From Lophium mytilinum (Eukaryota): a DNA stretch of 64,000 nt. The position numbers and the translations under genes were made by a program. Position 1 is the first letter of the stretch. Each line of letters starts with the position of its first letter. Shown here one piece after another: positions 35,785 to 47,842 of the stretch. The notes under the pieces were generated by a model that made no database searches, was not told the origin of the DNA, and was given only the letters and a program-made list of their open reading frames with translations. The DNA lies in NCBI GenBank assembly GCA_010093605.1, contig MU004181.1, positions 1,550,001-1,614,000 on the forward strand. The letters are read 5' to 3'.

Positions 35785-37286
35785 ATGGGCAAGAAAAAGC
35801 GCAGCCACCCCGATCTCCAAGAGAAGCTGGAACGTCCATGGTGCTACTACTGTGAGCGCGATTTCGACGACCTCAAGATCTTGATTTCCCACCAAAAGGC
35901 TAAGCACTTCAAGTGCGAGCGATGCGGCCGTAGACTCAACACGGCTGGAGGTACATGCTTCTCTGTTGGCCTTGACTTCCCTCCCTATCGCGTCGCGTCG
36001 GACGTCGCTAACAATATCATCAGGACTGGCCGTTCACTTGAATCAGGTCCATAAGGAAACCCTCACGAGCGTCGAAAATGCGCTGCCCAATCGCGCTGGC
36101 CTCGATGTCGAGATATTCGGGATGGAGGGCATTCCCGAAGACGTTGTCAACGCCCATCAGATGAGTGTGACGACACAGCACTACAATGATATCCAGAACC
36201 GTGCAGTTGCGACTGGAAACCACCCAGGCGGCGGAGGTGGCTTTTCGAATGGCAATGCACCCAAGAAGCCGAAAATCGAGGCCGCGTCGGACCTGAAGAA
36301 GCGGCTGGCTGAATTCAAAGCGCGGAAGGCGGCGCTGGAAGCCGGAGGAGGCACAAGCAGCGGAGATGTGACTCCGATGAGCGCAGGACAAGGAACACTG
36401 AGCCCTGCTGTAGGCCACAGCCCCGCTGGATTCGTGAGTAGGCCTACAGCTCTTGGATATGAAGCTAAGCGTTCTCTAGCCGCCTGCAGGCTCACCTCCA
36501 TATGGAGCACCTCCACAGCATTTCTCGGGCCCGCCAGGTGCGCACGCGAGCCCTCAGCCGGCGTACTCTCCGCCGTACGGTCAGCAACAGTTCTCGCAGC
36601 CACCTCTGCAACATGGCTTCCCGCCACAACCCCACTACGCTCCACAGGTATCGTTTCCACCCCAGACTGGCTTTGCCCCTTCTCCAGTTCAGCATTTTGG
36701 TGGGAGCCCATACGGGCCCCCTGGGCCGCAGCCGTTTCCACCTGGTGGTCCGCCTGCTGGTCCGTACCAGCCACAGTATCAAGGCGGGCCACCTCGTCAA
36801 TTCGGTGCTGCGTCGCCGATGGTCGATTTCAACGGTGGGCCGCCGCGTTATGCATCTCCTACTAACGGCATGTCCCATCGACAGGGTAGCCTACCGGCTC
36901 CACCTGGCCTGCCTCAGAAACCAGTGTCGAACGTACCACACGTCAATTCGTACCAGCTTCAGCAGATGCACCAAGGACAGCCTCCACTTTCTCAAGGTGC
37001 ACCCGGCGCTCTTGGCCTTGCAGGCAGTGCGTTTGACGAATCTGTGGATGAACTCATCTCCGCTGCCGCCAAAAATGCTGAAGAAACCTCGAAAACTACG
37101 CTGCTGGACACAGAGAAGAAAGCAAAGAAGGACAAGGTCATCAAACTCATATACAACGACGAAACGGTCAGTCCCGAGGAGAAAATGGCAGCATTGCCCA
37201 GGTACGCATTCACCTTAGATCACGAAGATGTCATCGTACAAGATGCCGTCGAAGGTGCTCTCACGGGAACAGTGGATGCGCAGTAG
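35785..37286 (+). CDS. ZNF207/BuGZ-like zinc-finger protein, 3 exons
   Basis: MGKKKR...[34 protein letters not shown]...[18 protein letters not shown]; Pro/Gln/Gly-rich middle; C-terminal [20 protein letters not shown]. Confidence 0.88.
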
Positions 37287-39340
37287 GGCAAACGATGCTT
37301 CGAGAAGCTTTGATGTGCTACTTCAAGAACTCCGGATATTCAGACGAACCTGCTCGAGCCTTCTCCAGCTACGGATTTGACGGATCGTCGACATACACCT
37401 CTCCTGGACATGACGGCATTTCGTTCAACCAGTTAAGTGCGGGACTTACTGAGCATCGCTGGGTTGGAGAGGTTGTTGATAATTTGCAGGTGGGATGAAA
37501 GCGGTTGGCGACTATCGTGGTGGCGATCGAAACGGACCCACTCTGGGACTTAGTCGGGGTAAGTGAATTTGCGACTTTTTCTTTTCTGCACCAGATGTTT
37601 CATGTTCAGGCGGGTTTATTGCGGCTCCACTCACTTCCCTGGAGAGTTGTTGGAATGGTGGCTGTTTGGACTGATGGAGTGCTGGATTGATGGTTAGCGG
37701 GTAATTGGCAGCGAGCTTTCACAGGACCTGTGACAGGCTTGCAACTGGCAACTTCAAGCACAGCAGTGCATTTACTCCTCAGACCCTGTAAGTCTAAACG
37801 ACGGTTGGTCTTCCTTTATGGATTCTTTGCTCTCCTTCTCCCTTGAACCTACCTGAAGAAGCTATTGTAAGTCGTGAAGTCATTACTCGGTTGTGAATAG
37901 GCTTGGCCATTACCGTGCCGTCCTCGGTAGGAAGGTCGTATTCGCTAAGTCAGATGGACAAGCTTGAATTTTGTATGTGCCCTTCGTCAATCCCCGAATA
38001 CCGATCGCTATACCTCAGCCTTCCAAGCTGGCTGACTGAAGGTTCATAATCCTGAAATTTGTTTTTCTACGCGGAATACGACAGTGCATGTTGTTCACCC
38101 TGACCTCTTAGTCCTATGATCAAGACAGCAACTTTGACCCAGCCTTCTGATCTCCCCCATATTGCGCCGCGTTGGACTGCGGTTGGGTCATGATGACCAC
38201 GATAGCCTTCGCAACTGATAAACATCTTTCATGCCCACCCCTTACCGGCCTCATCGCTTTTATATCATATCCATAGTTGGGTTTGTGACCATAGCTCCAG
38301 CCTCAAGCTTATTTCTTGTGCCACATGGCGCCATTAAGATCCGTCGTGGTCATAAACCGCACGCGAAGTGCAACTCGTTGCCACTTGCTAATGTATCCTC
38401 GTGTTCTTGCACGAGAGTAAGTCGCTCAATCTGGCAAAGGCCAAGGGCCCATAAGATTCACCGGAAGCTATCTATATGCCTATACAATGCAATGGCTAGA
38501 GAGATATTCGGCATAAGTCATCAATTCAAGACCAATTCGCCATGAGATCACATCACTGCCTTGAGCTGTGAAATTGACCTGAAGTCTAACTGAACATCTT
38601 CACAAAAACCATCGTATATTCCCGGGGTTCTATTTGCCTAAAGCATGACCGGAGTAACACTCAATCCGTCGTGGTCAGATCAGGCTCCCCCGTTTCAGGT
38701 GGCCTACAATGCTATCAGCTTTTGTCAACATAGTACTTCTTCGATCTTGTGTAATATAATTAGGGACCTCAAGCGGTGTCAGGCAAGCGTATAGAGAAGC
38801 CTAAAGGGAGTGTGTTGCTCAAGTATTTCGCTGCATTTCTTGCACCTTGAAGCTTTCTATTACCATTCACTCACGATATCGATAATGTAGAGCCAAATGC
38901 GATAGGTCAAGGGATATTTGTCGTTCCAGTAGGTCTTCCCCAGTACCTAGGTACGTACGTAGCCTTTTGACCCCGCCTGCGGCAACGGGCATGCAGCACA
39001 TCCGCGGATCCCGAAAAGCTTAGCATAAATGATGCTAGTCGACGTCACGCTTACCTACGAAAACAACGGCACACCAAGGCAGAATCACTATCGTTACCAG
39101 TCATCTACCGGGAATATCCAAGGGTCTAAATTTATAACTTGGAAGCCAATTGAGTCTATATACTCCGTAGACGTTCCCTTTCTACCAATGGAGCTGTTCC
39201 TTAGCTCCGATCCGTCACTTCCTCCCTTCTCATCTCTCGCTTACCTCTACTTGACTATTCTCATTTCTTCTGCTCTCATAGCGTTTGACGCTTTCGGATT
39301 AAGGACAGAAGCGAGGAGGAACAAGGCGAATTCGGCAAAG

Positions 39341-40994
39341 ATGGAGTTTGATAAGGTGGGTGCATTCATATAATGCGAACAACTCCGGATATTTTACTAT
39401 GTGCCGTGAGTAAATACTGACGAATATCTGGCCTACAGATTGCAATGATTGGGTGCGGCAGTATGGGAGGCGGCATGTCCCTCCTGTTCGCCGAAAACGG
39501 GTTAGAAGTCAGTATATCAGATCCGTCCGAGGAGACCATGGACAAAGTTCTCAAACGGGCGGAAGAGGAGGGATTGGGCGGCAGACTGAAGAAATTCAAA
39601 GGTAACATTCCATAATGCTTCAATTCAACCATTAGATCCTAATGGTTGCCCCAGGCGGAGACTACAAATCCCTCTGTGCCTCCCTCAGCTCGCCCAAGCT
39701 CCTCGTCTTCAGCCTCCCCCACGGCGACGTTGGCGACAAGGTCCTCGAAGGTCTAACACCATACCTAACATCCAACGACATCATCCTCGACTGTGGCAAC
39801 GAACACTTCGCCAATACCGAGCGTCGACAGCACAAATGCCGCTCGACCGGCATCCACTATCTCGGCATCGGCGTCAGCGGCGGTTACCAGGCCGCCCGTC
39901 AAGGCCCCTCGATGTGTCCCGGCGGCGACGAAGAAGCCCTCCGCACCGTTATGCCCCTTCTTGAGCGTGTCGCGGCAAAAGACAAGAACGGCCGAAGCTG
40001 CGTCGGTGCCGTAGGGAAAGGCGGGTCGGGCCACTACGTCAAGACCGTCCACAACGGCATCGAGCACGGCATGATGAGCGCCATATCCGAAGCGTGGGGC
40101 GTGATGCGCGCCATGGGCATGGGCATCGAGGAGATCGGAAACGTGCTTAAGAAGTGGAACGAGGAGGGAGAGTTCAGGGGTACGTTCCTCATCGCCATTG
40201 GCGCGGATCTGGCCCACAAGCGCGACGAGAAGAAGGAGCTTGTCCTACCGACTGTTGCGGATAAGGTCGTGCAGGATATCACAGGTGAAGAGGGGACCGG
40301 GATCTGGTCGAATACAGAGGCGATTGAGCTGCATGTGCCCGCGCCGACGCTGAATGTAGCGCATGCGTTCCGATTGGCGTCGGCGTATCTGGGGGGGAGG
40401 GAGAAGGCGAAGAAGGTTGCGGGGGGTGGGTGGCCGCCGAGGAAGCTGGAGTTTGGGAAGGGACAGAAAGAGGCGTTTGTGGAGGATCTGAGGAAGGCGA
40501 CGTTTGCGACGTGTTTGGCGAGCTATATCCAGGGGTTGACTGACATCGATGCCGCCAACAAAAAGCACGGGTGGGAGATTGACTATGCCGCTGTATTGCA
40601 GATCTGGAAGGCTGGGTGCATCATCCAAGCCGACTATATCTCGGAAGAACTTCTCGCGCCTGTTCTTAACTCTGGGAATCCGAAGTCTTTAAACCTCCTG
40701 TTCAACGACCGCGTGGTCAGAGATATTCGGAATAGCATGGACAATCTACGAAAAGTGGTAGCGAAGGGGGTGGAAACGGATCAGGTTATTCCGACACTGA
40801 GTGCGAGCTTGGAGTACTTCAAAATTGCGACAGGGACGAATCTGCCGACGAGCTTTTACGAGGCGGAGCTGGATTACTTTGGGGCGCATATGTTTGATAA
40901 GAAAGGGGAAGAAGGGATTGGTGGACCCACGGAAGGGAAACATCATTTTGAATGGAAGCCAGCGAGAACTAAGGACGGACAGGAGGAACGATGA
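39341..40994 (+). CDS. 6-phosphogluconate dehydrogenase, non-canonical paralog, 3 exons
   Basis: MEFDK|IAMIGCGSMG; ILDCGNEH; GVSGG; GSGHYVKTVHNGIEHG; IWKAGCII; DYFGAH. Confidence 0.9.
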
Positions 40995-41157
40995 GGGGAA
41001 TTGGGATGGGATAAACGACAGACACCACTTCACCAAAAATCAATGGTCAATCTCGACAGATGTCTAAAAAAACGCGAAAGACAAGCGTTATGTACTTCTT
41101 GTATTCAAACCAGCGCTTAGATCAAATAGACGGACGAGAGGCTCCTAGACGTCTCAT

Positions 41158-42767
41158 CTAGTCCTCGTATCCCTCATCGTTTCCCTCCTCCTCCTCATCC
41201 TCGTCATACTCCTCGCTCTGCTCGTCCGAGCTATCGTTCCCCATTCCGCTCTGAGCCCATTCTTCACTCTCGGTCAGGGCAGAGCTCTCACTCAACCATC
41301 GACTCCCATCTAGACCAAGTTGGGTTTCAGACTCCACCATTGACGTCGAAGCCGCAACCCCCTTCTCCAGCTCATCGGCCTCCGGGACCGGATCCACCTC
41401 TCTCAACTCCTCCTCTTCCTCTCCATCCGCGGCGAATCCAACACTCTTTCCATTCCCACCACTCGAGCCCCTGGAGCCCGTTCGTTCCTCTAGCACATCT
41501 CCATTCCAGGGCTTGCACTCCTTAACCACTTGTCCGCACCTCAGGCACGTCCAGCCCTCGCCCTCTTCATTTGCCACCCGCTGCGCCAGACACGCGAAGC
41601 AGTAGACGCACCCGCACGGCACCGCCTCATACGGATTCGTGATATCTGTCGCTGCGGAACCCACCACACCGCCGCCGCCGGCACTCGCAGCCATGATATC
41701 GGCTTCATTCGCATTGATCGGGTTCTGGTCTCTATAGCAGATAGCGCAGGTGCGCTGGGGGAGGAATCCCAGTTCGCCGCCAGCTTTCTCAGCATCAGGG
41801 TCAGAGGAGGACGAGGGACTTCGGCCAATGGCTGACAGGAAAAGCAATTTTGCTTTCCTGAATCCACGGGAGAGGATGCGACGCCAGCGGGATATCCCGA
41901 CCAAGGGCAGTAGGAAGAGTAAGAACTCGGTGAAGGCGTGCCATACAAGTTGGCGATTGAGGTACTCGAATGACACTTCGCGGGATGTGGCGTGCGATGC
42001 CGGTGTTAATCGCAAACGTAGGAGACGGTCGAGTATTGTGCGGTACCGGCCGTTTGTGAGGAAGACGAGGAAGGATATTAAGCTCGCAGCGTCGTGGGCC
42101 GAGTTTGTGAGCTCAGTTATCCGGGTTAGGAGCCGGAATTGCGGTGTGGATTCGTGGGTGTAGTCCTCGGAAAGGGCGAGGAGGTGCTCTTCCCACTTCG
42201 TCCAGGCGTATCGGCCGCCAACGCTGGTGAGTCCGTAGACGACTTTCTGCCATGGCTTGGGGGGCGGGCGTGAGGGGAGGTTCGACCGTGCATCAGAGTA
42301 GCGTAGGCCTTGCAGCAGAGCACCGTAGGAGGCGTCGTGGTCCCATATGGAGAGTTTAAAGAGGAGGGCGCGGAGGGTGAGGAGGATTTCAGAGGAGTAG
42401 GTGTCTGTAATATGGGACTGAGCCGGTCAGCAATAGGTCACATAACGGCTGGACTCGATATACGTACACCCAGATACTTCAGGCCTTCTCCAACCTGACC
42501 CTTCAGCAGTTCCAGAAGCTCGTCGTCGAGGAGTTCAGCATCCACTTGGCCGACCCTAAATGCCGGTCTTGTCCCCTCTCGTCCACTGATAGCATCCCAT
42601 ACACTTAGCCCCGCGTTTCCCAACCTGTTGAAAGGATATGGTAGGCGTGCTACCGTCGAGGCGTTGGCAGCATTCTGAGCAGCGGCGCGTGCTCTGGCGT
42701 CCGAGTCGCGTTGGGCGCGGCGGGCGGCAATGCGTTCCTGAGCGGCGAAGAAGTCGGCGGAGGGCAT
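41158..42767 (-). CDS. PEX2: Peroxin-2 RING E3 ligase, 2 exons
   Basis: FRVGQVDAELLDDEL; SYGALLQGLRY; VSFEYLNRQLVWHAFTEFLLFLLP; RING CAIC...PCGCVYCFAC...CLRC. Confidence 0.93.
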
Positions 42768-43334
42768 CTGGGGCGCATTTGTGACAGTAAGGGCGAGGTG
42801 ACGGGGCGACGGCGAGGGATATGGGCGTGAAGAGATGGACTGATGATTGTCGATATCCTGGCGGTGCGACCAGGCCGAGGTAAAGCAGGGAGCTTGTGGT
42901 GGAGAGTCGTGAATTCGGGGTAGCCCAGATATAAAAGTATACAACAGCACAAGTGTGTTCTATCTCTCTATGATGGTGAAGAGTGCATTGCTTTGGGTCA
43001 AGCTAGAAACGCTGCATTTTAAATTATGGCGTTGTTGTGGTTCGCGGACCAAACCACGCTTTGGCACGTGAAGGCACTCAGCCCTATCTTCAAGTGTGGC
43101 GCGTGCGGCGTTAGACGTGGCGGGGCAATATCTGAAACACTCCCGGCCTCAACTCACCTCCCCGTCAACATCGAAAGCTGCCCCACCTTCACCATAATAT
43201 TTGCTCGTCAAAAGAGACGTCTGTCCAGCTTCTGTGCTTGCCATGTCCACAACATCCGCTGTGGCCGCGATCCTCGACTCTTGCTGGCTTGGACCCCTCT
43301 ATTCCGAGGCCTAAATCCCCCCACGTAGACAACC

Positions 43335-46300
43335 ATGGAGGTTGAGGGCCTCATTGAGGTCCCGGGCGAGGCCAACCCGCTGACCGAAGGGATCCTCTTC
43401 CTGATGCTGAAATCAGCTGCTTCTAATAACCCTCAGCAAATCCAGACGGGCACTAAACAGCTACAGACATGGGAGACCAAGAAAGGATTCTATCCGCTGT
43501 TGCAGGTATGCTTCTCTATGGACCAGTGATAAATTAGCGTACTAACTAGCGTCTAGACTGTGTTCATGGATAGCTATTTGCCCAAGGACATCCGATATCT
43601 GGCCATCATCCAGCTCAAGATCGGAATCGATAAATATTGGCGCAAATCAGCTTCCAAGTACGGATGCGAACCCCCAAATATGCTCCCCTAAACTAACAAT
43701 CTCAAGTGCGATATCCAAAGAAGACAAGGCTGTCATACGAACACGCCTCCTCCAAAGCGGCATCAACGAGGCAGACCAGCGTTTAGCTCTGCAAAATGCA
43801 TTGGTCGTTGCAAAAATCGCGAGATTCGAGTACCCTAATGAGTGGTGCGTATTCATTCTGTCCTGAACTTCCATTTCTGACTTCTCTTCAGGCCAGATGC
43901 TATCACGAGCATTATACAGATTCTCCGCTCCGCTTCCCTTCCTGGCGCAAACCGACTCTACCTACCACGAGCGCTCCTTATCCTACTCCACATCATCAAA
44001 GAGCTATCCACTGGGCGCTTGATGAGAACACGAGCAAGTCTGCAGTCCGTGACGCCTGAGATCTTCTCAGTCCTTGGCCAGGTCTACGTTCAGAAAGTAC
44101 AGAGATGGCAGGCGTTTCTACGAGACGGAGGAGATGATGAGGGCGGTGCCCTAGAAGATATTGAGCACAGCCTGCTCGCTCTCAAGCTCATCCGCCGTAT
44201 ACTAATCACAGGCTACGAGTTTCCCAACAGAGACTCGGATGTCCCTGAGTTCTGGAGCGTCATCCGCGCTCAATTTGGTGACTTTTTGACTATCGCGACA
44301 CACGAAAACTCACCCCTGTCACCAGACGTCCAACAGCTAGTAGAGAAACATCTTATGCAGCTATCTAAGCTGCATCTACAGATGGCGCAGCTTCATCCAC
44401 AAGCTTTTGTGCTTCTTCCAGACACACTCAACCTGGTCCGCGATTACTGGAGCCTTATTTCCAAATTAGGAGAGACATATGGCTCTAAATCGCCGGACGT
44501 GAGTAAGATTGGGACGGACGGCGACGAGCAAGATGAGGCCCCTTTGCTTGAGCGCCTCGCTTTGAAAGGGCTTCTGCTCATCCGGGCTTGCCTGAAAATG
44601 GTCTTCTATCCGGCTCAAGTGTTCAGATACAAGCACCCCCAAGAAAAGGAGGAGAGAACGCATGCCATACAGTACGTGAAAACGGAGCTCTTCACCGAAG
44701 AGCTTGTGAGAGACATGATGTCTGTAATCGTCTCTCGATACTTCGTGTTTCGTCCCAGTGATCTACGAATGTGGGAAGAGGAGCCAGATGAGTGGGAAAA
44801 GATGGAGGAAGGAGGAGAGGACTACGAGTTCTCGATAAGGCCATGCTCGGAGAAACTCTTCTTAGACTTGGCCAAAAATTTCAAAGATATACTCATTCAA
44901 CCACTCCTACAGGTCTTCTACTCTGTGGCTAGTGAGTTCGCACTCACAACCACTAAGACAGTCAGTTACTAACTTGTTCATAGCTCCTGACAATGAGGAC
45001 ATCCTCTTCAAAGACTCCGTCTACACCGCTGTTGGTCTTGCAGCAGACGTGTTACACGACCAATTAGATTTCGATGCCTTCATATCCTCGACGCTGATTC
45101 CAGAGATTCAGAAGCAAAAACCAGGCTACAACATCCTCCGTCGACGAATTTCGATACTCATCGGCCACTGGATCTCTATCAAAGTCTCTGATCAGAACAA
45201 GCCCCTGGTCTATCAAATAATCCAGCATCTACTAGACAAGAGCGACCCCCTCAATGACCAAGTGGTTCGCGTCACTGCTGGCAGGCAGCTCAAGAACATT
45301 GCCGATGAGTGGGAATTCAAAGCAGTCAACTTCCTCCCCTACGCCCCAGATACACTGAGTCGGTTGATGGCCTTGATAACAGAGGTCGAGCTTCCCGAAA
45401 CAAAGATGGCCCTACTCAATACAATCAGCAGCATAGTGGAACGTCTAGAACATAACGTAAGCCAAAACATAGATGCTATCTTCCTGATAACTAATTCAAG
45501 ATAGATCACACCGTATGCTGATAACATCATCTCCTTGTTGCCCCCACTGTGGGAGCAATCTGGCGCAGAACATCTCATGAAGCAAGCCATCCTGACCATG
45601 CTCTGCCGCCTCACGAACGCCATGAAGGCCGACTCGCGCAAGTACCACTCATCTTTCCTTCCCATAATCCGCAACGCGATCGATCCGAGTTCCGATACCC
45701 AAGTCTATCTCCTGGAAGACGCCCTTGATCTCTGGTCTTCTATTCTTGCCCAAACGCCATCTGCTCCAGAGCCGACCCCGCCTGAGCTTTTAGAACTCCT
45801 CCCACACCTGTTGCCTCTCTACAGCCAAGGCACAGACATTCTCCGGAAAGTCCTCGAGATCACCGAGGCATATCTTCTCCTCGCGCCAGCTTCCGTTCTG
45901 GCGGACTCCTTCCGGAGACCTCTCCTGACCGAGCTCACCTCCCTACTCGGTAGCCTAAAACCCGACGCCAACGGCACCGTCACGCATCTCATGGAACTCT
46001 TCGTCCGCGGCGCAGACGGCTTCGGCGGCGAAAACGCGGTCCAATTCCTCGTCGGCGACATCATAAGCTCCGGCTTCTTCGCCAAAGTCATGGAAGGCCT
46101 GAACGGAGCCTGGCACGCGCACCAATCCCACGGCCCCAACCGACAGGTCCCCGATCATGCCGTCGACGGCGTTGTGGAGACAGACTATCTCTCCGTCCTC
46201 GCTCGCATCGGACTCGCATCCCCTCGCGTCCTCGTCGAGGCCGTGGCTACGGTCGGCGGCGGGCTGGAGCCCACGTTGAACTGGCTGCTGGAGGAGTGGT

Positions 46301-46807
46301 TCAGCCACGTCGAGAACATGGGCGATCCGCCGAACCGGAAACTAACCTGCTTGACACTGACGCGACTGCTAGAGACGGGGCAGCCGTGGATTCTGGGACG
46401 ACTGCAGAGCTTGATGGCTGTGTGGACGGATGTTGTGCGGGAGTTGACGGACGAGGATGAGGATAAGTCGAAAGAGTATGTTGCTCCCCTTTTTCCAAAC
46501 TATTTTTCCGCATCAGAGCCTTCCTTTCGAAACATCTTCGCTAACCACTGTAACTAGCTTCCTCCTCTGGGACGACCAACCCGCCGCCAACACCCTCCCA
46601 ACCGACCCCGAAGCCCCCGAGGACGTGCGCCGCCGCAACCTGATCTACTCGGACCCCGTGCATCGCATCAACCTAATCTCGTTCCTGCGAGAACACTTGC
46701 AGGCGGCTATCGAGGCAGCGGGAGGGATGCAGCAGTTCCAGCACGAGTGGTTGGAGCGCGTGGATAGGGACGTCGTCAAGGGCTTCGGCGAGCTGGGCAT
46801 CTTGTAG
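43335..46807 (+). CDS. KAP120: Importin-11/Kap120 karyopherin, multi-exon
   Basis: IBN_N-type RYLAIIQLKIGIDKYWRK; WEEEPDEW...IRPCSEKLF; ILRRRISILIGHW; YLLEDALDLW; DPVHRINL. Confidence 0.88.
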
Positions 46808-47026
46808 GTTTTGATGGCGAAAGGGAGCAAGGTTGCAGGTTAGATAACGGACTTGCGACAAGTTTGTAGCCTGGGTACCATACCTTCTACGGACGAACGG
46901 TGTGGTGGTGGAGAGCTAGGTAATGCAGTGCGACCGAAACCGAAACCCAGCAGCTTCAAATGCAATGCTGGAATTCCATATCCGGATATACCTTTTGTTG
47001 ACCAGCGTGAGCGGTTACGGTGCTTG

Positions 47027-47260
47027 ATAAGAACTTTGCATGACTGGAGATGTTGCTAACCTGCCCCACCCCCCGCCTGCCGCACAGGATTCCTTTTCGC
47101 TGTCCTCAAGTCAAGACCAGGCTGAGTGCCATAACTGGCAACCGACAAAAGTGTTTCCGTAGGGCGGCGCGGGAGAAAAGCCATGGTTGGTGAAGTCGCC
47201 AAGCCACTTTTGGTAGGTTTGGTAATACCCGAGCACTCCTGATGTGCGAGTTTTTCTTAT
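47027..47260 (+). ncRNA. Candidate structured RNA (unidentified; 3' UTR element or independent ncRNA)
   Basis: Nested complementary segments with G-U pairs mostly on the + strand, followed by a T-rich tract. No family motif recognised. Confidence 0.3.
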
Positions 47261-47842
47261 GTTTGTTTGTTTGATATCTTTTGTGAACTAGAAAGGGGTT
47301 AGATTTGAAAAAAAAAATTGAAATTCAGCGTTGCTGCCAATTCGGTAGCGAGCGCCCGTTAGTGGTGGTTTCGCATCCGTGAAGTAACTCAAGCTTGGCA
47401 TGTCATGAGCTTTAAGGGTGTGAATCACGTGCATATCTAAGAGACAACCCTATGTGGTGGTGAGAGGGGAAATGAAGACAATGTCAAGAGCAAAGGCACA
47501 TGAACGGAATAGGTGAAATTTGGATTGAGAGCTAGAGGAATTTGAAGTTGCGATTGCGGGTATATGAAGCTATCTGATGGAGCTCTGGCAGTGTAGGGAA
47601 GTGGATGAAGAGGGTATCAAAAGCGTGAGCGTGTTGTTTAGGTGCATTTACGAATCAGATGTCAGGCCATCGCGGCTGCCGATGTACCGGGTCATGCGAG
47701 ACATTAAGAGGATTGGAGGGGAGCGCGAACGCGGACAGTAAAGATTCAAGCCCAGGGCGGTAAATCAGAACGTGAAAAGGTGTATAGATGGTAATAGGAT
47801 TTAGACGATTGGATGACGCGGCTGGTGGGCCAGCTGTAAACA

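Noticed and set aside
47085..47130. TPP riboswitch-like fragments (CAGCGAAAAGGA on -, GCTGAG on +)
   Set aside because: The fragments are on opposite strands, the core TGAT...TAAT..CAGCG arrangement is missing, and no thiamine gene is adjacent.
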